Shown: positions 36,901 through 48,456, counted from the stretch's first letter. The stretch: 64,000 nucleotides of DNA from an uncultured Clostridia bacterium (GCA_947305745.1 CAMZEH010000005.1:5339-69338); one strand, 5' to 3'. A program made the numbers and translations. The notes: generated by a model not told the origin, from the letters alone.

Positions 36901-37316
36901 ACTTTTTCCAGCTGTTTGTGAGTGATTTTTCTTGATTTAAGTTCTTGAATGGTATCGAGCATTATTTTTTCTATATCGGTTTTGAAGTTGGGTAAGTATA
37001 TGTGGAGATTCTTCTTAACATTTTCTATTGCCGCGCTCATAATAATATTTTTAGTTACGTCATTTATAGATTGGCTTATCGGAAGTTTAAGCTTTCTCAT
37101 CACAAAATCGTGAAGTCTTGAAAAACTCAGAACGTTAACTTTATTGCAGTCCGCGTTTCCCAGCATATTCATGATTGCTCTTTCGCTTTCAAAGGAATTC
37201 TGCTCAGGAACAATTAAAATTATATTTTCCCCGCCGTTTTTGATTTTTTTTTGTATTATACTTTTTAAGAAATAGGATTTACCGCTTCCTGTGCGTCCAA
37301 GAACAAAACTCAGCAT
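33960..37316 (-). CDS. addB: ATP-dependent helicase/nuclease subunit B (AddB)
   Basis: Walker A GRTGSGKS at the N-terminus, nuclease motif IIDYKTGK, Fe-S cysteines (CPFGYLC ... CDFCKYLQIC). ATG 37316 (MLSFVLG) follows AAGGGGGA. Confidence 0.85.
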   Translation of the reverse strand: MLSFVLGRTGSGKSYFLKSIIQKKIKNGGENIILIVPEQNSFESERAIMNMLGNADCNKVNVLSFSRLHDFVMRKLKLPISQSINDVTKNIIMSAAIENVKKNLHIYLPNFKTDIEKIMLDTIQELKSRKITHKQLEKVLKNFDKNILSQKFKEISAILSEYEKLCAGKFIDANDKMNITEHAMQKHNIFDGYTVIFDAFNNFTDQQLSIIELILKQAGSVYMALCTDPNSTAENKTNLFAPICKTITNIKNLAIKNGIKISQPINLKNHKRFLNDELKSLEENLFSAQKAQFDRTPENIKIYSALNVYEECENAAKNICKLVIENGYRYQDIAILIKNTDCYMSPLKSIFKRYNIPLFLDSVETILNKSLINLVISAFDSIISNFQTSDVIRYMKSKLLGFSTEEICNLENYALLWNIKSKKWESEFCVHLQGYCDNWSEADAELLKNINATKNAVIGPLINLKNQIKNKTSANKISEAVYNFLIEIRANENLKKFYVNLKNSGNIHTAEKEAKAWDTLMEILSLISQIMGTKTISAKEYLRILISGLESVDCSSIPQSRDCVIAAKIPGARLESPKVVFVLGASEGEFPAPVSQSEVFTQSETIQIENLGIKICEDKNYLLLREEFLAYTALCSASEKLYISWPGIDYEGEQKNPSEVIKEIKEIFPKIKTDTRSSHKITDSVWSESSAFNIYCAYKNKHSEIGTTLKEYFEKSNKFTERFSTLKNFAEPKKFGFKNKANAQELFGKSIKLSASQIESYYRCPFGYLCKYGLNLKPLEPARFSALEYGNLMHRMLEKLFKKYPKNQILKVPEDALKNDIFEIIESYAKSVLGEVTAENPRVKYIIEKSKNSAIMLIKRLIEEFKQSKFVISDCELEISPKGAVKPLKIPLKDGFSIEIEGKIDRVDTMQDDSKNYVRIIDYKTGKKTFELGNILGGIDMQMLIYLLTISKNGTGKYKNAVPAGALYFKALKPLFEVKPGKNSDEEIKKEMCMSGIVLSDEKIMRAMDGSLNGDFIPVKIKGGKIIKGDKCTANLDEMRDIFKYIELMIKEVGVHIQNGVFDVDPTAQSGKNPSCDFCKYLQICNYGKETFKNIKSGESRENIFAQISEKRGEISGE

Positions 37317-37384
37317 AATTTTCCCCCTTAAATCGACATAAACATAATATATCATTTCGGAGCGATAAGCAAAAACATAAATAT

Positions 37385-37413
37385 TGACATTTGGATTTTT
37401 TTAATCTATAATA
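37385..37413 (+). promoter_or_regulatory. Consensus sigma-A promoter for tRNA-Pro
   Basis: TTGACA (37385-37390), 17 nt, then TATAAT (37408-37413), 10 nt before the tRNA 5' end. Confidence 0.7.
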
Positions 37414-37423
37414 TATCTATAGT

Positions 37424-37499
37424 CGAGGTGTAGCTCAGCTGGTAGAGTGCTTGGTTTGGGACCAAGATGCCGCAGGTTCGAGTCCTGTCACCTCGACCA
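37424..37499 (+). tRNA. tRNA-Pro (anticodon UGG)
   Basis: CGAGGTGTAGCTCAGCTGGTAGAGTGCTTGGTTTGGGACCAAGATGCCGCAGGTTCGAGTCCTGTCACCTCGACCA (76 nt). C1-G72 pair, anticodon stem CTTGG/CCAAG with loop TTTGGGA, GGTTCGAGTCC T-arm, encoded CCA. Confidence 0.9.
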
Positions 37500-37559
37500 C
37501 TCTATTTTTGAGCATTCGTGCGGGCAGGCGCGTAGTGCTTTTATTTTGGGAGAATATGA

Positions 37560-38273
37560 ATGTATAAAAAATATTTGAGGTTATTTTTTGTTTTTTTATT
37601 TTCGTTTGAATTTTTAATCCCCTCTTTCGCTTTAAACGAAAAACAGAAAGCGTTTATCGAGGATCTTAGCGCAAGAATCGGTGTGCCATGCAAAAAATTT
37701 ATGTTCGGTGTTGAGGGCAAGAGTGATGAGCCCACTTCACCGGATAATGTGCCGTGCGCATTGGTACCGATCCGAAATATCCCCGAGCATAAAGAGTGCA
37801 TGAAAGCTATGTTTGGCAGCAGTGGCGATGCGGAATATATGCGGTACTATCTTGGGGGAAAACTTTCCACAGATGAGACGGTTGAGAAAAGGGTTTCTTA
37901 TTCAGTAGAAAGAATGAGCGGTGATACACCGCAATCTCTCACATTCATAATCACATACGGCGATGAAAGCGTCGGAAGAATAGCCGTAGGTCCGATAAGT
38001 CTTGGCTCTGCTTCAAACCCCGAAATAGGGTACTCAATCAAAAAAGAATATTCAGGTAAAGGCATAACAAAATCTGCAGTAAGATGCATTTTGGATATTA
38101 TGCGCGAAATGACTTTTGGTAAAAAATATCAATTCAAGAAGGTAAGAGCAACTGCAAAACCCGACAACAAAGCGTCGAATGCAATTCTTTCGGGGTTGGG
38201 TTTTAAAAAGAGTTCGAAGATGGTCGATGACGGATACGGGAAAGAAAACGAATATTTTTATGAATTCGGCTAG
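37560..38273 (+). CDS. GNAT family N-acetyltransferase with N-terminal signal-peptide-like extension
   Basis: The C-terminal ~170 aa has a RimJ/RimL-like GNAT pattern (IGYSIKKEYSGKGITKSAVRCILD ... ATAKPDNKASNAILSGLGFK). The N-terminus is MYKKYLRLFFVFLFSFEFLIPSFA. The ATG follows GGGAGAA. Confidence 0.65.
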   Translation: MYKKYLRLFFVFLFSFEFLIPSFALNEKQKAFIEDLSARIGVPCKKFMFGVEGKSDEPTSPDNVPCALVPIRNIPEHKECMKAMFGSSGDAEYMRYYLGGKLSTDETVEKRVSYSVERMSGDTPQSLTFIITYGDESVGRIAVGPISLGSASNPEIGYSIKKEYSGKGITKSAVRCILDIMREMTFGKKYQFKKVRATAKPDNKASNAILSGLGFKKSSKMVDDGYGKENEYFYEFG

Positions 38274-38280
38274 AGGAAAT

Positions 38281-39657
38281 ATGAAAAATCTACTTAAAAA
38301 AAATGACGTCATAAACATAAATATACAGGATGTAACGCTCGAAGGCATGGGCATCGGGCGGCACGAAGGCTTGGCTGTTTTTGTGCCTCAAGCTGCTGTT
38401 GGAGATATTTTGAAAGTAAAGATTATCAAAGTAAAATCTTCATATCTGATAGCTAAAATAGAGGAGATTTTGGCGCCCTCAGATGATAGAATAAAATCTG
38501 ACTGTAAAATAAGCTCGTCCTGTGGGGGCTGCGCATTTAGGCATATTTCATATGAAGCAGAACTTAAAATAAAACAAAAGCATATTTCGGACTGCTTTGA
38601 AAGAATAGGCGGATTTAAAAATATTAAAATCGAGCCAATAGTTGCATCAAATAATATTTTGAATTACCGAAATAAAGTTCAAATTCCTCTGACTTATAGC
38701 TCTGAAGGTCAAATCATCTCAGGATTTTACGCAAACCACAGCCACCGAATAGTTCCGTGTGAAGAGTGCTTGTTACAGCCGAAAATTTTTGATCAAATAA
38801 TAAAATATGTAAAAAATTTTCTCACAGAACATAAAATTTCAGTTTATAATGAAAACGTCAAAAAAGGACTTATCCGTCATATATATCTGCGCAGTGCCGA
38901 TAAATGTTCGCAGATCATGCTGTGCATTGTAACAAACGGCGAAAAAATCCCGTATGCCCATGAATTCGTAAAAAAAATTACTGAAAAATTTCGTAATATA
39001 AAAAGCATATTCATAAATGTCAATAAAAAAGATACGAATGTAATTCTCGGGGCAAAATTTATAAAACTCTTTGGTAATGACTGTATTACCGACACGCTTT
39101 GCGATAAAAAATTTGTAATTTCCCCCGCTTCGTTCTATCAAATCAATCATGATCAAACCGAAATTCTTTATAAACTGGGGGAAAAATGCCTTTCGCCCCA
39201 AAAAAGCGATATTGCTCTTGATCTTTACTGCGGAATAGGAACAATCGGCCTCACAATCGCGAAGAAAATTCATAAACTTTTTGGAGTGGAAATTATCCAA
39301 AGCGCCATAGAAAATGCACGCCAGAATTCCCTTTTTAACGGCATCACAAACGCAAAATTTATCTGCGCCAATTCGGACGACATCGTCAAAAATAAAATTA
39401 TCGGCGAAAAAAGTGCAGATATTGTAATTGTCGACCCACCGAGAAAAGGCTGTTCTGATGAGCTGATAAAAAATTTGATTAAAATTTATCCTAAAAAAAT
39501 CCTCTATATTTCTTGCAATCCTGCGACACTTGCAAAAAATTTAAAAAATCTATGTGAAAGAGAGAAATACAATATATCTTTTGTTGCTCCCGTGGATATG
39601 TTCCCACGTACAAGCCATGTGGAAACGGTGGTACTGCTATCGAGAAACGAAAATTAA
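38281..39657 (+). CDS. rlmD: 23S rRNA (uracil-C5)-methyltransferase RlmD/RumA family
   Basis: N-terminal TRAM domain, Fe-S cysteines CKISSSCGGCAFRH, SAM motif DLYCGIGTIG, catalytic ISCNPAT. ATG 38281 lies just after the GNAT stop. The ORF-track start 38179 overlaps the GNAT gene. Confidence 0.85.
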   Translation: MKNLLKKNDVININIQDVTLEGMGIGRHEGLAVFVPQAAVGDILKVKIIKVKSSYLIAKIEEILAPSDDRIKSDCKISSSCGGCAFRHISYEAELKIKQKHISDCFERIGGFKNIKIEPIVASNNILNYRNKVQIPLTYSSEGQIISGFYANHSHRIVPCEECLLQPKIFDQIIKYVKNFLTEHKISVYNENVKKGLIRHIYLRSADKCSQIMLCIVTNGEKIPYAHEFVKKITEKFRNIKSIFINVNKKDTNVILGAKFIKLFGNDCITDTLCDKKFVISPASFYQINHDQTEILYKLGEKCLSPQKSDIALDLYCGIGTIGLTIAKKIHKLFGVEIIQSAIENARQNSLFNGITNAKFICANSDDIVKNKIIGEKSADIVIVDPPRKGCSDELIKNLIKIYPKKILYISCNPATLAKNLKNLCEREKYNISFVAPVDMFPRTSHVETVVLLSRNEN

Positions 39658-39668
39658 CCATTAAATTT

Positions 39669-39695
39669 AAAGCCACGCATTTTGAGCGTGGCTTT
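39669..39695. terminator. Bidirectional hairpin terminator between rlmD and ligA
   Basis: Perfect 10-bp stem AAAGCCACGC / GCGTGGCTTT with a 7-nt loop. The A/T runs of the stem ends can serve as U-tracts on either strand. Confidence 0.7.
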
Positions 39696-39705
39696 AATAT
39701 CACTT

Positions 39706-41700
<1,995 letters not shown>

Positions 41701-41721
41701 TTACTCTGATTTTTTATTTAA

Positions 41722-43044
41722 TTAAAACTTCTCTATCTCCTCGGACGTAACTCTCGCTTTGATAAGTTTGCCGATTTTTGGAATGTTTTCAGAAATACAA
41801 ACTGCCTCTTTAAAAATTTTCTCCGCTTCATGGCATTTATATTCATCGGAAGAATAGAACGTCGCCAAAACGTCGCCGGTGCTGACTTTCTCGCCAATTT
41901 TTTTATGAAGCAAAATTCCTGCGCTATAGTCAATGCTATCTTCTTTTTTCTCACGTCCGGCACCCAAAATCATGGATGCTTTACCTAAACTTTCTGCTCC
42001 CATAGAATGTATATATCCGCTATCCCATGCGACTACATCATATTTTATTTTCGCCTCGCTAACGTAATGATCGCCTTCAAAACTGCTTATATCTCCGCCT
42101 TGGGCTTTGACCATCTCCTTAAACTTTTCAAAAGCAGAGCCGTTATTTAAGGCATTTTCCGCCAGTTTATAACATGTTTCGTAGGTGCCTTTATCTGCCA
42201 AATAAAGCATATTTGCCGCCAAAACGAGCGAAACTTCTTTCAAGTCTTGTGGTCCCGACCCCTTCAGAACTTCGCACGATTCACGGACTTCGAGAGCGTT
42301 CCCGATCGCTTCCCCGAGCGGTGAATTCATATCTGTAATCACAGCGGCGACTTTTCTACCAAATCTTGAACCGATACTTACCATTACTTTGGAAAGTTCG
42401 ACCGCATCTTCGGAAGTTTTCATAAATGCCCCGTCGCCTACTTTAACGTCAAGAAGTATGCAGTCCGCGCCCGAAGCTATTTTCTTGCTCATTATGCTAG
42501 ACGCTATTAGAGGCTTACTTTCAACCGTTGCCGTGACGTCTCTGAGAGCGTATATTTTCTTATCGGCCGGGACAAGGTTTCCACTCTGGCTGACGACGCT
42601 ACAACCGACTTTCCTCACGATTTCAAAAAATTTTTCATTATCAAGATTGGTTTTCATACCGGGTATCGAAGCGAGCTTATCTATCGTGCCGCCCGTATGC
42701 CCGAGCCCTCTGCCCGACATTTTTGCAACTTTCACACCGCAAGCAGCGACGATTGGAGTTACTATCAGCGTGGTTTTATCGCCGACTCCGCCCGTGCTGT
42801 GCTTATCAACTTTTATGCCATCTATCGCACTTAAGTCCATTCTATCGCCCGAATCGAGCATACACTCCGTCAAAGCCTCGCACTCGTCATCGGTCATGCC
42901 GTTTAAATATACCGCCATCAAAAATGCCGACATCTGATAATCAGGTATTTCGCCACTCACATAGCCTTTTATCAAAAAATTAATCTCATCTTTATCAAGT
43001 TCAATTTTATCGCGCTTTTTCTCGATTATATCGTATGCTCTCAT
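41722..43044 (-). CDS. pdp: Pyrimidine-nucleoside (thymidine) phosphorylase
   Basis: KHSTGGVGDKTTL and SGRGLGHTGGTIDKL motifs. Start at MRAYDIIEKKR (ATG 43044). Confidence 0.88.
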   Translation of the reverse strand: MRAYDIIEKKRDKIELDKDEINFLIKGYVSGEIPDYQMSAFLMAVYLNGMTDDECEALTECMLDSGDRMDLSAIDGIKVDKHSTGGVGDKTTLIVTPIVAACGVKVAKMSGRGLGHTGGTIDKLASIPGMKTNLDNEKFFEIVRKVGCSVVSQSGNLVPADKKIYALRDVTATVESKPLIASSIMSKKIASGADCILLDVKVGDGAFMKTSEDAVELSKVMVSIGSRFGRKVAAVITDMNSPLGEAIGNALEVRESCEVLKGSGPQDLKEVSLVLAANMLYLADKGTYETCYKLAENALNNGSAFEKFKEMVKAQGGDISSFEGDHYVSEAKIKYDVVAWDSGYIHSMGAESLGKASMILGAGREKKEDSIDYSAGILLHKKIGEKVSTGDVLATFYSSDEYKCHEAEKIFKEAVCISENIPKIGKLIKARVTSEEIEKF

Positions 43045-43048
43045 TCGT

Positions 43049-43723
43049 CTATCTGCCCCCATTATCCGCGCTTTGCATATCTTTTACTATTTTCACTATC
43101 CTACTCGTACCAAGTCGAGAAGCTCCTAGATTTATGAATTTTTCGGCGTCCTCGAGCGTCTTTATGCCACCCGCCGCTTTTATTTTAACACTCGGCGAAA
43201 CATATTTTTTAAAAAGTTTTATATCTTCGAAAGTTGCGCCAGACGTAGAAAAGCCCGTAGAAGTTTTTATAAAATCCGCGCCGGATTTCGAAACGATTTC
43301 ACACATTTTGATTTTTTCTTCTTCGGTCAAAAGGCATGTTTCAATGATTATTTTAAGAATTTTCTCGCCGCAAATACCTTTGATTTCAGCAATTTCTTTC
43401 AAAATGTAGTCGTATTTCTTATCCTTGAGCGCGCCGATATTAATTACCATATCAATTTCATCGGCTCCGCTTTTTAATGCCGAACTCGTTTCAAATTTTT
43501 TCGTTTCGGTATCGTTATATCCATTCGGAAAACCTATAACAGTGCAGATTTTCATTCTATCTTCAGTATAATTTTTCGCATCAAAAACATAACACGGCGG
43601 AATACACACCGAAGCGGTGGAATATTTTACTGCATCGTCGCAAATTATCTTAATATCATCAAAAGTCGCAGTCTGACTAAGCAGCGTATGGTCAACTTTG
43701 GATAGAATCTCTTGTAAATTCAT
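43049..43723 (-). CDS. deoC: Deoxyribose-phosphate aldolase
   Basis: Class I aldolase pattern (DHTLL ... CTVIGFPNG ... DFIKTSTGF ... KAAGGI). Start at MNLQEIL (ATG 43723). Confidence 0.88.
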   Translation of the reverse strand: MNLQEILSKVDHTLLSQTATFDDIKIICDDAVKYSTASVCIPPCYVFDAKNYTEDRMKICTVIGFPNGYNDTETKKFETSSALKSGADEIDMVINIGALKDKKYDYILKEIAEIKGICGEKILKIIIETCLLTEEEKIKMCEIVSKSGADFIKTSTGFSTSGATFEDIKLFKKYVSPSVKIKAAGGIKTLEDAEKFINLGASRLGTSRIVKIVKDMQSADNGGR

Positions 43724-43764
43724 ATTATAACCCTTTCTGATTGAAAAGCTCAAAAAAGTGCCAT

Positions 43765-44688
43765 TTATCTGGCACCTTTTTCATACGGCACTCCCGAAGC
43801 TCTTGGAGCTGACGAGCGTCCGACAAAAATTATCAGTATAAGTATCGTTAAAACGTAGGGTATCATCGCTAAAATCGTTGATGGGACGTGCAGTACACCG
43901 CCGTCAAGCATAATAACAAGCGCCTGCGAAAACCCGAAAAGCAAACACGCTCCATAGGCTCCCCAGGGTTTCCACTTGCCGAATATTACCGCCGCCAAAG
44001 CTATAAATCCTTGACCGCTTATTGCTATCGGAGTAAACTGCGAAATAACCGCCAAAGTTACTGTGCCTCCGCCAATTCCGGCCAAAATTCCGGACATAAT
44101 TACACACGCGTATCTCGAACGATACACAGGAACGCCCAGAGTATCGACTGCCGCAGGGTGTTCGCCGAGCGCACGTATACGAAGTCCCCATTTGGTTTTA
44201 TAAAGCACAAACCAGGTTACAACTACCACAGCCAGCGCCAAAACCACACTGACATCGATATTAAAATTAGCAAAAGGAGTACCTTTTAAGTAGGAAAAAA
44301 TTGCAAGCTTTGGAAGTTTTTCGGGGACGGGATACGTAATTGATGCGCCATCGAAAAAATATCTCGAAAGGAACATTGCAAGACCCGGCCCGATGAGGTT
44401 TATGGCTATGCCCGAAACAGTCTGGTCAGCTCTGAAACTTATCGATGCAATCGCATGAAGGAGCGCAAGCACGCCACCCGCAAGCCCTGCACAAAGGAGT
44501 CCAAGCCATGCACTATGCGTGAAGTATCCTACCACGGCACCCGTGAGCGCGCCGATACTCATCATACCTTCAATACCTATGTTCACAACCCCCGAACGCT
44601 CGGAAATTACTCCTCCTATTGCCGCCAAAGTAAGCGGCGCAGAGTACATAAGCGTTATGGAAAGGGCGATTAACAAACTACTGAGCAT
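43765..44688 (-). CDS. ABC transporter permease (nucleoside/Bmp-type importer, NupQ/YufQ-like)
   Basis: 307-aa polytopic membrane protein. Its start overlaps the upstream permease stop, within the Bmp-type ABC operon. Confidence 0.8.
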   Translation of the reverse strand: MLSSLLIALSITLMYSAPLTLAAIGGVISERSGVVNIGIEGMMSIGALTGAVVGYFTHSAWLGLLCAGLAGGVLALLHAIASISFRADQTVSGIAINLIGPGLAMFLSRYFFDGASITYPVPEKLPKLAIFSYLKGTPFANFNIDVSVVLALAVVVVTWFVLYKTKWGLRIRALGEHPAAVDTLGVPVYRSRYACVIMSGILAGIGGGTVTLAVISQFTPIAISGQGFIALAAVIFGKWKPWGAYGACLLFGFSQALVIMLDGGVLHVPSTILAMIPYVLTILILIIFVGRSSAPRASGVPYEKGAR

Positions 44689-45811
44689 TTTTCCTCTCCT
44701 CCTTTTGCAGATATCTATTTACCCAAACCGGAATTATTCTGACGAGCGCCACGAAAAATACTATCGTACCTATCATTATATTTACGATATCCGAAGGAGT
44801 TCCGATTTTCGATTGTAAAGTTTGGCCTGCGTAAATCAGTGCGCTAAACATAAGTCCCGCGAAGATACAACCTATCGGAGATGCGCCCGCGATGAGTGCT
44901 ACCGAAAGACCATTAAACCCATAATTTTCAAAAACTGACAATACATGTAAAACAGGTGTTGAACTGCCCGTCAATGAAAGCACTCCTGCAAGCCCCGAAA
45001 GTGCGCCTGAGATTAACATAGTATAAAAAATGTTTCTCGTAACGTCTATACCGGCATTTCGCGCCGCATCGGGGTTTAGACCCGACGCTCTGAATTCATA
45101 TCCTTTTTTTGTCTTGTAGATTATCACCCAAACGAGTACCGCTATTACTACGGCTACAAGAAAATTCAAATTAAAATCTGTTTTGAGTATTATATCGTTC
45201 AAAATCGGATGTGCTTGCAGGTATTCCCGACCGTCGTGTGAAAATTTCCAGTCGTAGAAAAGAAGCGTTTGACCCGAATGATTTATCGGAAAGGTGCCGT
45301 CGCTATCGGGCTTGTGGAACATTTCGGAATTCGCTACGAAATTACACATATAAAGTGCAATCCAGTTAAGCATTATGCTTGTAATTACCTCGTGAATACC
45401 GCATTTTGCCTTGAGCCAGCCGACTATTCCGCCCATCAGTGCGCCCGCCAAAACTCCTACGCAAATCACAAGAGGGATCTGTATAAGCGGGTGAAAATTA
45501 CATTTTATCCCTACAATAGAAGCCGCTATGGTAGAAGCTATAAACTGCCCTTCGGCGCCCATATTGAAAAGCCCAGATTTAAACGCGAGCGTTACGCTGA
45601 GCCCCGTTAAAATTATCGGAGTGCTTTTGATTATCACGTTTACGATGAATTTTGCCCTTGAAAACACCGCATTGAACATAACGGCCATGGAAAGCGACGG
45701 GCTGTAACCCGTGATGAGGAGTATCGCACACGCGACTATGAACCCTAAAAACACGGCAATACACGTACACATAAAATTCGTTTTCAAAAACTTGGCTATG
45801 TTTTTAGTCAT
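44678..45811 (-). CDS. ABC transporter permease (NupP/YufP-like)
   Basis: 377-aa polytopic membrane protein. ATGA start/stop overlap with the ATPase gene. Confidence 0.8.
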   Translation of the reverse strand: MTKNIAKFLKTNFMCTCIAVFLGFIVACAILLITGYSPSLSMAVMFNAVFSRAKFIVNVIIKSTPIILTGLSVTLAFKSGLFNMGAEGQFIASTIAASIVGIKCNFHPLIQIPLVICVGVLAGALMGGIVGWLKAKCGIHEVITSIMLNWIALYMCNFVANSEMFHKPDSDGTFPINHSGQTLLFYDWKFSHDGREYLQAHPILNDIILKTDFNLNFLVAVVIAVLVWVIIYKTKKGYEFRASGLNPDAARNAGIDVTRNIFYTMLISGALSGLAGVLSLTGSSTPVLHVLSVFENYGFNGLSVALIAGASPIGCIFAGLMFSALIYAGQTLQSKIGTPSDIVNIMIGTIVFFVALVRIIPVWVNRYLQKEERKNAQ

Positions 45812-47340
45812 TCTCCTTTACCCCCTGCCATCAAAAGTCCTACTTTATGTTCATCAGCTTCTTTTTGGTCGAATTCCCCGACTATCTCACCGCCGTATAT
45901 GACAGCGATTTTATCCGAAAGATTTAAAATTTCATCAAGTTCCAGAGAAATGAGCAAAACGGCTTTTCCTTGATCTCTGAGATTGACAAGCATTCTATGT
46001 ACAAACTCAATAGCCCCGACATCTAAACCTCTCGTCGGCTGTACGGCTATCAGCAAATCGGGATTATTGGCTATTTCACGCCCGATTACGAGTTTTTGCT
46101 GATTGCCGCCCGAAAGATTACGTATTTTTTGATGTCTACACTTCGCGGGACGAACATCATAAGTTTCGATAATTTGTTTTGTGAATTTATCGCGTTCTTC
46201 GTGGTTCAAAAAACCATTTACGCTAAACGGCTTTTCACGATATTTTTCCATTATTACGTTATCCGCAACCGACATATCCAAAATACAGCCGTATTTATGG
46301 CGATCCGCATGAATGAAAGAAATTTTACTGTCGAGAACATTCCTCGTATTCGTATTTTGAATTTCTTTGCCATGCATAATTATCTTACCTGAGTCTGCAT
46401 ATCTACGCCCCAAAATGCACTGCAAAAGTTCTGTCTGACCGTTGCCCTCAATACCCGCCAAACCATATATCTCGCCGCCTCGAATTTTCATGGAAAGATT
46501 TTTTACAGTTTCTATGCCGCGCTCACATCTAACGCTGAGATTTTGAATTTCAAAAATTGTATCGCCCGGCGTCATTTCTTTCTTATCGACAAACAATTTT
46601 ATCTGTCTGCCTACCATTTTTTCCGCCAGACTTTGTTCTGTTTCGTCCGCTACATTTACACGGTCTATAAACTGTCCTTTACGTATAATCGTACATGTTT
46701 CGGCCGATTTTTTAATTTCTTTTAGCTTATGCGTTATTATTATTATCGTTTTACCGTCTTTTTTGAGGTTTTGCATCGTTTCGAGAAGCTCATCGACTTC
46801 CATCGGTGTAAGTACGGCTGTCGGCTCGTCTAAAATCAGAACTTCCGCTCCACGATAAAGCGCTTTTAAAATCTCGACCTTTTGCTGCATTCCGACCGAA
46901 AGATTTTTGACTTTCTCTTTCAAATCGACTTTCATTCCGTACTTTTTAATTATCTCAATAACCTTTTTTCTGGCTTTACGCATATTGAGAACACCAAAGA
47001 AATCCGTCGTTTCGTTGCCCAAAACTATATTTTGCAAGACAGTAAATTTATCAACAAGCATGAAATGTTGATGAACCATACCGATACCTTGCGAAATCGC
47101 TGCGCTTGGCTTACCGATATATGTTTCTTGACCGTTTAAATAAATTTTGCCATAATCGGGATTATACATACCATAGAGGATATTCATGAGCGTACTTTTA
47201 CCCGCGCCGTTTTCGCCCAAAATGGCGTGTATTTCACCTTTTTTTATATCGAGATTAACATCATCGAGAACTCTGAGCGGCCCGAAATATTTGGTTATTC
47301 CGTGCATTTGCACCGCATAATCTTTGCTTACACCTTGCAT
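45808..47340 (-). CDS. ABC transporter ATP-binding protein, duplicated cassette (NupO/YufO-like)
   Basis: First cassette has GENGAGKST, LSVGMQQKVEIL and ILDEPT. The second has GIEGNGQTEL and LSGGNQQKLVI. GGGAGGA RBS. Confidence 0.88.
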   Translation of the reverse strand: MQGVSKDYAVQMHGITKYFGPLRVLDDVNLDIKKGEIHAILGENGAGKSTLMNILYGMYNPDYGKIYLNGQETYIGKPSAAISQGIGMVHQHFMLVDKFTVLQNIVLGNETTDFFGVLNMRKARKKVIEIIKKYGMKVDLKEKVKNLSVGMQQKVEILKALYRGAEVLILDEPTAVLTPMEVDELLETMQNLKKDGKTIIIITHKLKEIKKSAETCTIIRKGQFIDRVNVADETEQSLAEKMVGRQIKLFVDKKEMTPGDTIFEIQNLSVRCERGIETVKNLSMKIRGGEIYGLAGIEGNGQTELLQCILGRRYADSGKIIMHGKEIQNTNTRNVLDSKISFIHADRHKYGCILDMSVADNVIMEKYREKPFSVNGFLNHEERDKFTKQIIETYDVRPAKCRHQKIRNLSGGNQQKLVIGREIANNPDLLIAVQPTRGLDVGAIEFVHRMLVNLRDQGKAVLLISLELDEILNLSDKIAVIYGGEIVGEFDQKEADEHKVGLLMAGGKGE

Positions 47341-47356
47341 AGTTTTTCCTCCCTAC

Positions 47357-48418
47357 TCAAGCCAAACGCTTCATAAAATCTTCATATTTTTCAGAAGTGC
47401 CGGGGGGTATTATTTCATCATTGCAGATTTTATTTTTGATTTTTTCAACTTTTTTCATAACCGCTTCGGGAATATTGGGATTATCGTCAGGTATACCGAC
47501 GCAGCCCTCTTTGATGCCGTACGAAAATGACTGTCCGCCTAAATTTTCGCCGTTCATAACCCTTGAAGAAACTATATTTATCGCCTTACCGACATCTTTT
47601 ATTGCAGATGTAAGAACGTTTTTCGGAGCAAGTTTGCTTTGATCCATATCTGCGCCGATTGCGTATTTTCCGGTTTCTTTTGCGGCCTCTATAATGCCCG
47701 TTCCGCCGCCGCCCGCAGCGTGGAATATAATATCACAATCATCAAACATTTTTATCGCTATCGCTTTACATTTTGCCGCGTCCGTAAAGCTCTCCGCATA
47801 TTGAACTTTAACCGTTATATTCTTGCCGAGCTGTTTTGCGCCGTACGCAACGCCTGCACGGTAACCATACTCAAACTGATCGATCACCATGCCTTTTATT
47901 CCGCCCACAAATCCGACGGTATTCTTTTTCGTTGTCAGAGCAGCTATGTACCCTACCAAAAACGACGACTCTTCCGACCTGAACACAACTCCCGTAACAT
48001 TATCGAGAGTATTCTCGCCGAACGAATAATCTGCTATCGCATAATTGATTTCAGGGTTAATCTTCGCGGCATGCTCTATGACGTCGGCAAGTTTATAGCC
48101 TATACCCCATACGAGATCCGCTTTTGCATCGGCAAATTTATCGATATTTATGAAGAAATCTGAAGCCTGAGGGCATTCGATATACTTGACTTTTGCGCCT
48201 GTATTTGCGCTGAATTCTTTCATGCCCTTCCATGCCGATTCTTGAAATGACTGATCGTTAATTCCCCCTCCGTCGGTTATCATACCCGTGAAAAAGCGTC
48301 CGTCGTCTTCAAGGTCGGCCGAAGCATAATTAAACGTCTTAACTCCCATGTAGCCAAGCAGCGCCAAACATGCACCGAGCACTATAAAAAACGATAATTT
48401 TGAAATTATTTTCTTCAT
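47357..48418 (-). CDS. BMP family (PnrA/Med/TmpC-like) ABC substrate-binding lipoprotein
   Basis: Lipobox VLGAC, Bmp pattern (ITDGGGINDQSFQESAWKG ... FVGGIKG). ATG 48418 follows GGAGGA. Confidence 0.82.
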   Translation of the reverse strand: MKKIISKLSFFIVLGACLALLGYMGVKTFNYASADLEDDGRFFTGMITDGGGINDQSFQESAWKGMKEFSANTGAKVKYIECPQASDFFINIDKFADAKADLVWGIGYKLADVIEHAAKINPEINYAIADYSFGENTLDNVTGVVFRSEESSFLVGYIAALTTKKNTVGFVGGIKGMVIDQFEYGYRAGVAYGAKQLGKNITVKVQYAESFTDAAKCKAIAIKMFDDCDIIFHAAGGGGTGIIEAAKETGKYAIGADMDQSKLAPKNVLTSAIKDVGKAINIVSSRVMNGENLGGQSFSYGIKEGCVGIPDDNPNIPEAVMKKVEKIKNKICNDEIIPPGTSEKYEDFMKRLA

Positions 48419-48456
48419 AATTTCCTCCAAAAATTATTTTATGCAAAAAGGATAAG

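Noticed and set aside
37500-37559. Possible terminator after tRNA-Pro (AGCATTCGTGCGGGCAGGCGCGTAGTGCTTTTATTTT)
   Set aside because: A T-tract is present, but the stem only pairs with a bulge and wobble pairs. That is too imperfect to call without folding energy calculations.
38179-38280. Long N-terminal extension of the rlmD ORF
   Set aside because: It overlaps the 3' end of the GNAT gene in another frame. The TRAM domain begins right after ATG 38281, and the extension has no family similarity.
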